DNA of 62,479 bases, the filler included, from Globobulimina sp. (Eukaryota): assembly GCA_003354225.1 (NCBI GenBank). It is 23 parts of 23 records of this genome, joined end to end, with 100 filler letters (N's around TTAATTAATTAA, not from the genome) between each part and the next. Parts side by side here need not be neighbours in the genome. Positions count along the whole stretch, not along the records: positions 1 to 2,623 come from PIVH01005669.1; positions 2,724 to 5,346 come from PIVH01005670.1; positions 5,447 to 8,069 come from PIVH01005671.1; positions 8,170 to 10,791 come from PIVH01005672.1; 19 more parts are not named here. One strand, given 5' to 3'. Positions 1 through 10,478 of the stretch are shown in pieces. Position numbers and translations under genes: made by a program. The notes under the pieces are model-generated. The model was not told the origin of the DNA. It did no database searches and saw only the letters and a program-made list of their open reading frames with translations. Each line of letters opens with the position of its first letter. Position 1 is the stretch's first letter.

Positions 1-121
1 TGATTGGAGTAAATATTGAAAAACACGATCAAATATTAATTTCAGTTTAGTAATTAATTCAAATTTCTGTACATATTATATTCAATTTCAGAACCGGACA
101 TTATGCATTTTTTGTTATTAA

Positions 122-2519
122 CAGGCATTCTTCGCATCGACCTGTGCAAGTTCAGTAAATATTTACTTTACATATACACAATAATCCATTTTCAACAAAC
201 AATTCTCGGAACACAAACATCGCAAACATTAATTTGACAGTGTTTGAGCTGAAACTGTGTTTTCGATGTGACAATGAACGAAAACTAACAGCGTTCAAAC
301 TGTTTTTAATTTCGTTGCTACATAGCCATAATTAGTGGCGCAGTATTAGAGCGAATGAAGAATAAAGCATATATGATATGGTGTTTATTAATAATTTTAG
401 TGAATTATTCGTTTGTTTCGCATTGGATTTGGCATAAAAAAGGTTGGTTAAATGATTTAGGTTTTGTAGATGGTGCAGGTGCCATAGTGGTGCATAGCAC
501 CGCGGGTATGGGTGGACTCATAGCTGTGTGGAAATTAGGTTGGAGGCGAGAGTCAGCGGGAAGCGATTTTGAATCGACCAGCGTGGCTAAAAAATTAGGT
601 GAGGACAAAAAAGCTGTTGTACGTAAATTGCCACCATGTGAACACGCAGCACGCCCAATAATGTATGTATAATTTATATATTTATGTCAATAATTACGTA
701 TCGGTATCGCCACATATTAAGCAATGCCATGGGTGCTTTTTTTTTATGGTATGGATGGTTTGCATTCAATGTGTCGTCGCCTATTGCATTTAGTAAAGGA
801 ATAGGCGATGCCATTGGCACAACAGCATTGGTAACAGTTATCTCTCCGATCTGTGCTTCGTGCGGAGCCTTTATTTGGATGCATTTGGGTTTTGTTCAGT
901 TATCATTCGAGGGTTTATTATCGTGCTTATTAGCTGGCTTGGTTTCGATCACTGGCATGTGCCATACCTGTAATGTATGGGAAGCGGCCGTAGTTGGCTT
1001 TTTTGCATCGATTGTGTACTTTACAGCGTCGCATATTATTCGATATAGGTTGAATTTAGACGATCCATTGCAAATAGGCGCCATTCATTTATGTTGTGGT
1101 ACGTATTCTGGATTGGTAGAAGGCATTGTCGGCAATAAAGTGTATGGAAGTCCTGGGTTAATACATGCTGATTCCTTCATAAACGGCTTAGAACATTTTG
1201 GTATTCAAGTATTAGGGGTTGCTGTAGTGTTATTGTTTAATTTTATTTTATGCGTTGTGTTATGGGATCTTGTGTTAATAAAATGCTTTTTTCGAGGTGG
1301 CAACAGTGAGATAAGAGTGAGTATATTGGATATTTACTTAGGTACTCGCTTATTTGATCAGAATTATGATATGGCGTTAGATGAGGTATTGTTCTATGAA
1401 TGATATACAATTTGACATTGAAAACAGCGGAAATTAATTTGTTAAGCTGTTTTTAATCCAAATCGTTAAAACAACGCTAACGGATTTGATTATTGATAAT
1501 TATTTTTATGTATATACTTCAAAAAAAAGGTATTAAATTGTAACTCCAATGCAGGTAAGAAAATGTTATGGCAATTTCATAAATATGTGGCAGACAGATA
1601 TGCCGGCGAACAGTTAGATTTTTTAATTGTGATAAAAATATATAATAATTATTTACAGCATATCAATAAATTAACACCGGACGCATTTAAAACGGCGAGA
1701 TATATATTACAAATTATCGATACTTATGTTAATGAAAAAGGAACTCAATGTATCAATATTTCTGGAACAAAAAGATCCATTTTAATGAAAATTAGGAAGC
1801 AGTTATTATTTGAGGTCAAAAAGACTATTAAAAAAGGAAAAGATCAAGAACCAAAAAAGAATAATTCCGTAGTTTTAGCTGAAAATGCCGAGATACAGAA
1901 TTTAAAAGAAGAAGAGGCCAAAGAAGACCAAGAAGATTATCATAACTTGGAAGGTATTTGGAAAGAGACAAATACCCCAAATATGACGCCCGTTCTACCA
2001 AATGCAGGAAAGGAAGATCCCAATAAATCTGCCTCAATCATATCGTATCAAGCTGGTTTTTACAAATCTGGCATGAATATCACAAAAGAGAAAATATTTA
2101 ATGGCGTTTATAAATCGGTTTGGGCCGTGGTGGTGCCTCATTTTGTACAATTCTTAAGACATTCATTTAAAATGGATAAGAAGAATAGTTACGAAGTTAA
2201 AATACCGTTCAAATTAAGTAAAAATTGGATTATTGAATGGGATGAAGGGTTATTAAAAGAAGTTGAAAGTATGCAATTGGCGGATACAGCTCCGTTATAT
2301 AATAATTCCGATACATTATTAAGTTCGATGATCGATTCCGAGAATTATTCGCATGCTTCGTCTGTGCATATTATGCATAAACAAAGAACATCCGGTATAC
2401 AACAAATACAGTTATCTCAAATTGATAAAGGATTGGTTGATCATATTATTATTGCGGATACGACCAATAAAGATAAAAAAAAAGATAATAATGCACCAAT
2501 TGCGGTTATTATTCAATAA
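122..2519 (+). CDS. Ammonium transporter (Amt/Mep) fused to a C-terminal RGS domain; 5'-partial, spliced
   Basis: Amt motifs: QAFFASTCA-T-IISGAVLER, HWIW..GWL, DGAGAIVVH, LWYGWFAFNVSS, LAGLVSIT, LDDPL..GAIH. Frame-preserving GT-AG introns at 150-325, 663-721 and 1386-1529. RGS motifs: LDEVL..G...FHKYVADRYAGEQLDF, IIDTYV...CINIS, IF....VWAVVVPHFVQFL. Confidence 0.85.
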
Positions 2520-2623
2520 ATTAAATTAAATTACATTAAATTACGACAGTGTGAGTGTGTTTATTATTATAAATTACTTCTGTTTTTTTACATTAATGTG
2601 CATTTTGTTGTAGTATTTTTGTG

Positions 2624-2723
2624 NNNNNNNNNNNNNNNNNNNNNNNNNNNNNNNNNNNNNNNNNNNNTTAATTAATTAANNNNNNNNNNNNNNNNNNNNN
2701 NNNNNNNNNNNNNNNNNNNNNNN
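2624..2723. other. Artificial contig linker (N44-TTAATTAATTAA-N44), first of 22
   Basis: Identical 100-bp spacers with stops in all six frames start at 2624, 5347, 8070, 10792, 13514, 16236, 18958, 21680, 24401, 27122, 29843, 32563, 35283, 38003, 40723, 43443, 46163, 48883, 51603, 54323, 57042 and 59761. Contig lengths fall steadily from 2623 to 2619 bp. Confidence 0.99.
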
Positions 2724-2956
2724 CTTCATTTCACACTTTTTACCTGCGTACCCGCGTCCTCAAATTTCCGACGGACTTTTTTCTGTGTCAATGATAGCTC
2801 AAACTCGCGCTTAAACTTCGATTTGATTTCCAAGAGCATATCCCATACAAGCGTTTGCCGAATCCCCTTGGCGATGGGTGACCCACATTTTACGATCTAC
2901 AAGTTTTTTATGGATATTTTTATAAACTTGATTTTTTCCTATAAATTTTACTGTCA

Positions 2957-4024
2957 GTGCTGATCGAGGCATTATTCATCACTAAATCGAGTGAAATTAT
3001 GCAGTCTTTGATTGACCAAATATTGGCACCGCCGCCGATGAAAGTAAGCAAGACCGTCAAAGACAAATCGGAGACTGAGAAAGATAGAAATAAAAAGCAT
3101 TGTTTGGAGTTAATAATGAATGAGTCGAGCTCGCATTTGGTGCAGACAATGTTTGAGTTTGGAAACAAAAGCGTGTCTTTGAGCGTGGTCAAAGACTATT
3201 TGAACGCCAAAGATATCAGAGACATTTCGTTGGATAAGAATGGCAATTATGCGTTGCAATCGTTGCTGCGCAGGTTATTCGACATTAAATCGATACAGTT
3301 TATTGCCTCGAGTGTGCAGCACAGCATTGCCACTTTGTTTGCGCAGAACCGAATCGGAGTTTTGTATTGTTTGATTGACGCGTTTACGCGGAAAGGTTTG
3401 ACGCCAAACGCGATTGTTAACACAGTTTTGAGTGAGATTAACAAAAGCGAGAGTGAAGGGATTAAAAACAGTCAAAATATAATTTATAAATTTTGGTATT
3501 TGAATCAAGACAAAACTGAGAGTAAGAAACATTTGATTAAATCCAAAATTAAGCAATTGTCGTCGCGGTATTCAGTGTTGGGCTGTTTATTGCTGCAATC
3601 CATCGTCAAATGTAACTCTAATTTTGTGAGTGAGATTTGTAAGGCTTTTTTGGCGTTGGAAAAGCAGGAAATTTGTCAGATTTGCAAAGATAGCTCGGGC
3701 AGTCACGTCATACAAGCGTTTATCGAAAGCAAGTTTATTTACGCAGAGATGAAATGGAAGTTTTTGAGCATTTTCGAGGACAGATTCCATGCGTTGTGTA
3801 CGGACAAGTTTGGCAATTATATCATGGATTTCCCATACAAACTGCAGTTCAGTCGCAAATTATTGAGTGTCTCGGCGGTGTTGAAAGGATCGCGGATTGG
3901 TTTGATGCTATATTTGAAAATGAAACTGGATTTGCTCAACAGCGATGAAAAGCAATGGCGGCAGCACATTCTCAGACAGAAAAAGCATACAAAGCACAGT
4001 TTTAAGAGCGGTAAAAAGAGTTAA
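2957..4024 (+). CDS. NOP9: Nop9-like Pumilio-repeat nucleolar protein, C-terminal part
   Basis: PUF-type repeats SSSHLVQ, DKNGNYALQ, DSSGSHVIQ and DKFGNYIMD, followed by a Lys-rich tail. The tail appears to continue in a shifted frame to about 4216. Confidence 0.75.
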   Translation: MLIEALFITKSSEIMQSLIDQILAPPPMKVSKTVKDKSETEKDRNKKHCLELIMNESSSHLVQTMFEFGNKSVSLSVVKDYLNAKDIRDISLDKNGNYALQSLLRRLFDIKSIQFIASSVQHSIATLFAQNRIGVLYCLIDAFTRKGLTPNAIVNTVLSEINKSESEGIKNSQNIIYKFWYLNQDKTESKKHLIKSKIKQLSSRYSVLGCLLLQSIVKCNSNFVSEICKAFLALEKQEICQICKDSSGSHVIQAFIESKFIYAEMKWKFLSIFEDRFHALCTDKFGNYIMDFPYKLQFSRKLLSVSAVLKGSRIGLMLYLKMKLDLLNSDEKQWRQHILRQKKHTKHSFKSGKKS

Positions 4025-4956
4025 AAAAGCAGCAAAGGAAAAAAAGCGAATAAAAAGAAAAATGGGAATGTGAAAACTGTGAAAAAAAAAGTGAATGTGG
4101 AAAAATCAAACAAAAAGAAGAAATGGTACAATGACAGTGGCAGTGGCAGCAACAAAATCCGAAATAAAAACCAATATAAAGGTCGGAAAATGAAAAAATT
4201 GAATAAACTGTTCTGACTAATTTTGTTGGATATTAAATGTGTTGATTTTCTCTTGATTTAATTATCTGATTCATTCCCAACAAAATCGATTTGTCTTTCT
4301 TCCAAATTTGCCCATCCTTACAAACCAATATTTTAGCACATCCTTTAATCAAATATTCGGGCGTGCTGACACAAAGCTCGACCAGATGTATTTTCTCAGC
4401 ATACATAATAATTTAAACCTGCTCAGACTTATGGGAAGCCAATTTTGTGGATTTATCAAGGGATGTATATGTAAGAGTGCCGCATATTTTTTCATACAGA
4501 TGTCATTAGTAGTGCTCGGAATATATCACAAAACATATAATCTATCCAAATGGTATCAATGTTTGGACATACACAGACATATTTTGAGATGTTTTGTGAT
4601 CAAATCTGTCACACTTTATACGAGATCGATCTACTCTAAAAAAAAATGTTTTATAAAATATAAGAAACAAAACAAAACAAATAAATAAAACTAAATAAAT
4701 ATAAAAGTTGAGAGGTTGAGAAGTTGGTGAATAGATTGTGGACACAGAGACCAACTTCGAAATAGAATTTCTCAACCTATGCACCGCTGAACTTCTCAAC
4801 GTATCACCCATTATTGATATTTTACAGATTAAATCTATTGATTCTATTCATAAGATCTTATCCCATCCAGATATAGTATAATATATTTAACAGTGACTTA
4901 TTCTGACAATTACAATTTCATTCATTTCATGATTATTACATTTTTCCTCTTCGATT

Positions 4957-5334
4957 TTATCCATTGTGCTTGGGTAAGATCAACGCAATATGTATCCAAT
5001 TACAAAAATACTCTGAGTTTGGATTGGTATACATATTGGGTTGATCTTTATACCTTTTTGAATCATTTGAACTGCTTGATTTGGTTACAGAAATCGTGAG
5101 ATCGCAATCACTTTCCTTTTTGTGCTTCAGAGTTTTTATTTCAATTTCGTCCTTTTCTTCAGACACTCTGAATTCCATAATATCATTCGCACTTTCCCCC
5201 TCTGTTTTTGGTGAATTAGCTTTGGCCCATTTTATGGTTTGATATCCAAGTAAGATAAAGAATGCTGCGATGAACAAAAAGACGATGATGTATGATAACG
5301 CAATTTTGCTAGTGGCCGTAGCGCCTTTGGACAT
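4957..5334 (-). CDS. Hypothetical single-pass membrane protein (probably partial or spliced)
   Basis: Hydrophobic helix IALSYIIVFLFIAAFFILLGY followed by a charged tail containing MYTNPNSEY. Confidence 0.4.
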   Translation of the reverse strand: MSKGATATSKIALSYIIVFLFIAAFFILLGYQTIKWAKANSPKTEGESANDIMEFRVSEEKDEIEIKTLKHKKESDCDLTISVTKSSSSNDSKRYKDQPNMYTNPNSEYFCNWIHIALILPKHNG

Positions 5335-5572
5335 TGAATATATCTANNNNNNNNNNNNNNNNNNNNNNNNNNNNNNNNNNNNNNNNNNNNTTAATTAATT
5401 AANNNNNNNNNNNNNNNNNNNNNNNNNNNNNNNNNNNNNNNNNNNNGGTTTCCTGGAAATATTGAAAGAAATAATATACGCTCTTGTTACTTTAATAAAA
5501 AAAAAAAAGAAAAAAAAATACACAAAAAACAAACATTTATTAATTTAATTTCACTATAAAAATAATAAAATT

Positions 5573-6488
5573 TTACAATATCTGACATTTCTCGTACCAT
5601 TTTGGTTTAACATTGGACTCATCCTGTTCTTGATATTGAATTGCGATTATTTCCCTTTTGTTTATATAATAGAATAGAATATTTTGTTATGAGTGCAAGG
5701 ATAAAACAAGAACTTATTTACCTGACAAGGCCACCAAACATATCTTGTACATGATATCCAGTTTTAGCGGAAGTTTCAATATACCGGACAGCTTTCCATT
5801 TCCTCGCCAAATTGCTAGCTTCGTCATAGGTAATCTGTCGTTTATAGGCACCTTTATGCTGTTGATGTGCTTGCGGTGTATCTAAATCCGCCTTATTGCC
5901 AACTATAACAAAGGGTGGAATATCGTCCTCATACACCTCACATAATTGGTCATAAAAAGATTGTAAATCCTCAAAAGATTTCCTTTCAATAATACTGAAT
6001 GCTAAGACAAAGCCGTCCTTATTTCGCATCCACGAGGTTCGCAACGCAATAAAGTCTTCCTGGCCGGCGGTGTCCAACACGTCTAATAACAGCGAGTTGC
6101 CATCGATTTGGATATGTTTGCGGTAGGCGTCCTCGATGGTGGGGTCATAATCTGGTACGAATTGGCCTTGTATGAACTGTAAGGTCAGGGCAGATTTGCC
6201 CACTGCGCCCGCACCCAACATACAAACATGAAACACCTCATGCGAGGTATCTAAGATATTGCCGTCCGATAAAAATATGCTATCTCCGCTTTGTAACACG
6301 GAGGTTCGTACTATCTGTTCCCCATTATCACTATATAAGTATTTACCTTCTTTCATCGATAATTCTTTGCATCCAATCTTGATCAAACCATCTAAGGTTA
6401 AGTCATTATGTCGCAATTCTAATGTTTTGCATATGGATGGTTCATGACAATTATGCAGAGTCAAACGGATTCGATTTGAGAACGACAT
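5573..6488 (-). CDS. Ras-subfamily small GTPase with an N-terminal KHA/ubiquitin-like extension and C-terminal CaaX
   Basis: G1 GAGAVGKS, effector loop YDPTIEDAY, G3 DTAGQE, G4 NKAD, G5 ETSAK. Removing GT-AG intron 5721-5655 gives a C-terminus ending KWYEKCQIL* (CaaX). Likely ATG at 6488. Confidence 0.93.
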
Positions 6489-6571
6489 GTGTGTGCTTCG
6501 GAAAAGTTTTATGTGTAGTAAAGTATTTAAGTGTTGTTTTTTTTTCAAAGAGCGTGCATGTATGTGCTTTA

Positions 6572-8069
6572 ATGGCAAATTATTATAACCAACAATTTAA
6601 AAAACCAGCGCCACCGAGCAGACCCTCAAATAGTCATTCACCTCATGGACATGGAGGATATGCAGCAAAAAGGAAGCAAAATATGAATCAGAATCAATAT
6701 GGCCATGGCGGACAACCACAATACGGATACAATCATAATGCTCCACCACCACCACAACCGCCACCAGCAAACTATAATCCACAGGCACCATATAATAATG
6801 GACACCAACTCCAACATGGACATGGACACGGTCACGGTCATCATAATGGAGGCAATAATCCACATTCGAATCAGAACCAGAACGGATATAATAACGGCTA
6901 CAATGGAGGTTATCCACAGCCGCCACCACCACAAATACCCAAACAATCCTCTTCCAGTGTTACCAGTGGTGGCAATTTGCAAATGCCCACCATATTAAAG
7001 CATACACCGTCCAAATTATTGTTAAATTTAGATAAATATAAAGGAAAATTGCCTGTTGACAATGACGACGACGATGATGAGGCAGTGGATGATGAGGAGG
7101 ACGCGTTGACTACGCAAGTGAATTTAGCAGAAGAACGGATAGATTTAGTCGACACCAAAAAAGAACTAACCTTCAACCAACGCGATATGGAGAAACAGAT
7201 TGAAAGAGACCGCGATTTAATGCAAAAATTGTCCATGGAAATACGACCCGCTTCGAGGAGGAATTTTGAATTAGAAAAGAATTTGGCCGTTTTGGACAAA
7301 CAAATACAACTATTAATACAAAATATGATATCCTTGGCTGAATTGAACGATATGGCCGGCGGCGTGTTTACGCAAATGCCGTCCAACCAAACCCACATAA
7401 AATCGCCATTATTAGGTACCGCGTGCATTTATTTTTAATTATAATTGTATTTGTCTTTTTTTATCTGCGCAAATTCGCACTTATTATAACTACACATAAA
7501 AAATAACAAAAAAAACAGGAAAAAAGAAATTGTATGAACAATTGTTCCATATTTTACAGAAAGAGCCCAAATATTTTGCCGCATTAGCAAAACACGTGAA
7601 GGCGCGCGAAGTGTCTGATTATGTGAAAACAGTGGTGTTTGACATGTATGGCGATCAGTATGACAGCAGGGAGGAGCGCTTATTATTGACCTTGTTCCAA
7701 ATGGTTTTGAAACAGTCCTTCGACGAAGCTCAGGATATTGGTTCTTTTCTGCGCGCCAATACCGCCATCACCCAAATGTTGTCTGCCTACGCGCGGAGAG
7801 GACAGGGATTGGGTATTTTGCGTGAGATCTTAGAGAAGCCCATCCGCGAAATGGTGGCGCAAACCTCTCTAAATTTGGAGATTAACCCCGTCGAAGTGTA
7901 TAAGCAAATTATCAACTCCTATGAGGCGAAAATGAATAAGCCGTGGGATGGAATTCGTAATCCAACCTCGGAGGAAGCCGCCGAGAATAAATACGTGAAG
8001 CGGTTGATTCCTCCGCGCGTCAAACAATTAGAATACATCGCGGAGCATTTCATTCAGCGCATCGTCGAG
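6572..8069 (+). CDS. RasGAP of the Gap1/Sar1 (IQGAP-related GRD) type; 3'-partial
   Basis: Low-complexity P/Q/N/G/H N-terminus, then RNFELEKNLAVLDKQIQLLIQN, YEQLFHILQKEPKY, MYGDQYDSREERLLL, FLRANT (arginine finger) and LNLEINPVEVY. Intron 7416-7518 joins the two ORFs in frame. Confidence 0.9.
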
Positions 8070-8618
8070 NNNNNNNNNNNNNNNNNNNNNNNNNNNNNNN
8101 NNNNNNNNNNNNNTTAATTAATTAANNNNNNNNNNNNNNNNNNNNNNNNNNNNNNNNNNNNNNNNNNNNTAAATACAATTAAATAAATTAAATCGATATC
8201 CATCACTAAAATGGCAACATATCAATGGCAACATATCATGTTAGGTACTGTCTATCTTAATCTATCATTTGCATGTTCACTATTCCATTATATATTTTAA
8301 TTAAAATTCATTAGAAAACCAGTCAGCAGTCGCCAGTGCGATTCCGAATGGCAGGATTTGTGGCGGATGTAACAATGATTGATGTTACAATTCTTGCTTC
8401 ACACGAAACTGAAGCGCAGTCATTCAATGTTGAGTTTTCCACTCACTAAAAAAATGTAGTTTGAAATTTACGTTGCAGGACGAAAAACAAAATAAGATAA
8501 ACAACAACTAATAATTACAATACATTTAAACAAACAATAGAAACAATACAAACAATAAAAACCTACCATAAAAAAATGGTATATTCGTATCGTTTGTATT
8601 ACTGTATATAAATATAAA

Positions 8619-10425
8619 TTATTCAACAAATACATCATCTTTTGAGACAACAGGAACTGTCATTAAATCCATCAGTATATTGGCTTCATTGTGAGATATT
8701 AAATTATTTTCCGGTGCAGCAGGCGATGCCGATGATGCATTGCTTAATGAATTATAAATATCTGCGCTCGTCACACCGCCCAAATCTGTTTCTATTTCAA
8801 TCGGTGACTCGTTTTTTATACATTTTCTGCTAATATTAATCCCAGCAAATAAATTACTGGATCTTTGCTTTTGTGTCGAATTGGATTTTAAGTGCATGCC
8901 ATGCCCGCTATCATTTATAATGTGATTGCATAATTCATCCCAAATCGCACTTTTCTTAAACCGCGAAAATGAATATTGTAATAAACGTAAAATTTCAAAT
9001 AAAATGATCTCTAAAATTGGAATCACAATTTGTATCGCTTGAGGCAAATTATTTTTTGCTAAATTAATTTTTTTAAAATTCTGTAATTGCAAATCTGTAC
9101 TCTCTGCAAACTGTTTATAGCGATTATCGATTAACATTGCTAATGACAGTCTTGCTGAATACGACACATTTATTTCATAAGTGGCCGTATCAAACGCAAC
9201 ATATTTCTCATATAATTGGTAAATAATTGCACAAAATTGCTGGCAATCCAATTGTGTATTAAATTGAAATTGCGACTTTCGATTTGAAAAAGCGGTCTTA
9301 AAAATACTATTGCAACCCATCAAACTCTTTTGTTTTTCATTTAAATTTAATGATTCCCGAAACTGTGAATATTCAGTCGCAAAACACAAACTTTCACTGG
9401 CAAATTCCCTAAAAGCCGACAAACAGAAAACGTTTATTTTTCAAAATGCGAAAATATAAATATATACTAAACTGTACGAGAAAATTCATAAATTCCGCAT
9501 ATCCATATTTATTTTCTAAGATTGTATTCATAGTAAATTGGTGAGGATTATTATCAATGCTCGCTGCTAATTTGGCCACATTTTTACCGTTTTTTTTATA
9601 TATATTCAGTTTAATAACACGTAAAATACAAATATAACACAATCCGTTCATCAATAATATTTCAACGAATTGAGAAATTCTTTCGAAACTGATAAAAAAT
9701 AATAATATTACTGCAATGATGAAAAGAGTTATAAAATAAATAATCGATTCTTTTAATTCCTGGCGAATAAAAAACCTATCTTTAAATGTTGGATATTTTA
9801 TCCATATGACAATAATTACTGCGCAGTTCACCGCGTAGGCACTGATCAATATAATTGTTGCTATAATATGCAAAATGTTGTTATTTGAGAAGTCGTTGAT
9901 TATGAATAAGATACATAATAATATGTAAAGGGACGCAAATATTTTGCATGACCATGATAACGAACCTAAGGTATTTTTGTATTTTGTATAAAATGAGGCA
10001 GAATCAACTGAAAAGGTTGAAAGCTGCGATTTCCACGAACTATGACCCATTTCCAATTGTAATTTGTGGTCAAAATTAAGTGACCATATACGTAGACCAA
10101 TGATCATTGCTATACTTAATAATAATGGCCCTTCTAACATACTTTTTAGAATCAATCCAATTAACGGTGATAATGGAAGTAAATTCATATCAAAATGTAA
10201 TATTTTTATGGGTGCACCAATACAAATGGATATAAACATTATTATGGTTTGTAATAAAATTAATGAGACTCTTCGTTTTTGAAAATATAATTTGCGGTGG
10301 TATTTATTAAATTTTATCCATGAATAAATAAACAATGGATATGATATGGCGGCTGTCCACGATAATAAAAATATGCCAATAGGGAAATTTAAGCCATCTG
10401 ACGAAGGGTGTGTACGATGAGCCAT
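8619..10425 (-). CDS. 7TM-RGS protein (AtRGS1-like architecture)
   Basis: About seven hydrophobic helices, then TILENKYGYAEFMNFLVQ-EFASESLCF (intron 9472-9409), LYEKYV...YEINVS and LLQYSFSRFKKS, which form an RGS box. Confidence 0.85.
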
Positions 10426-10478
10426 GTTCTTAAGTACCAGCAATTCAAAGTGTACACAAACTTTTTGATATAACCGAC

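Noticed and set aside
92-124. In-frame TAA at 119-121 just before QAFFA in the Amt gene, suggesting stop reassignment or pseudogenisation
   Set aside because: TAA ends other genes normally (Ras, OTC). The neighbouring frame reads TGHYAFF, so a small indel error or unresolved splice is more likely. It remains a caveat on gene integrity.
2668-2679. Regularly spaced TTAATTAATTAA repeats resembling an array or CRISPR
   Set aside because: They sit inside N runs and are artificial six-frame-stop linkers. ORFs ending in X...LIN are linker artefacts.
4022-4216. Programmed frameshift or readthrough in the Nop9 tail (also the breaks near 15875 and 44303)
   Set aside because: Two of the breaks lie at A homopolymers and all are explained by single indels in a low-quality assembly; no stimulatory structure is evident.
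6597-7428. Antisense and alternative-frame ORFs over low-complexity exons (also 31040-31492 and 55829-56317)
   Set aside because: These are shadow ORFs of repetitive coding sequence with no independent motifs.
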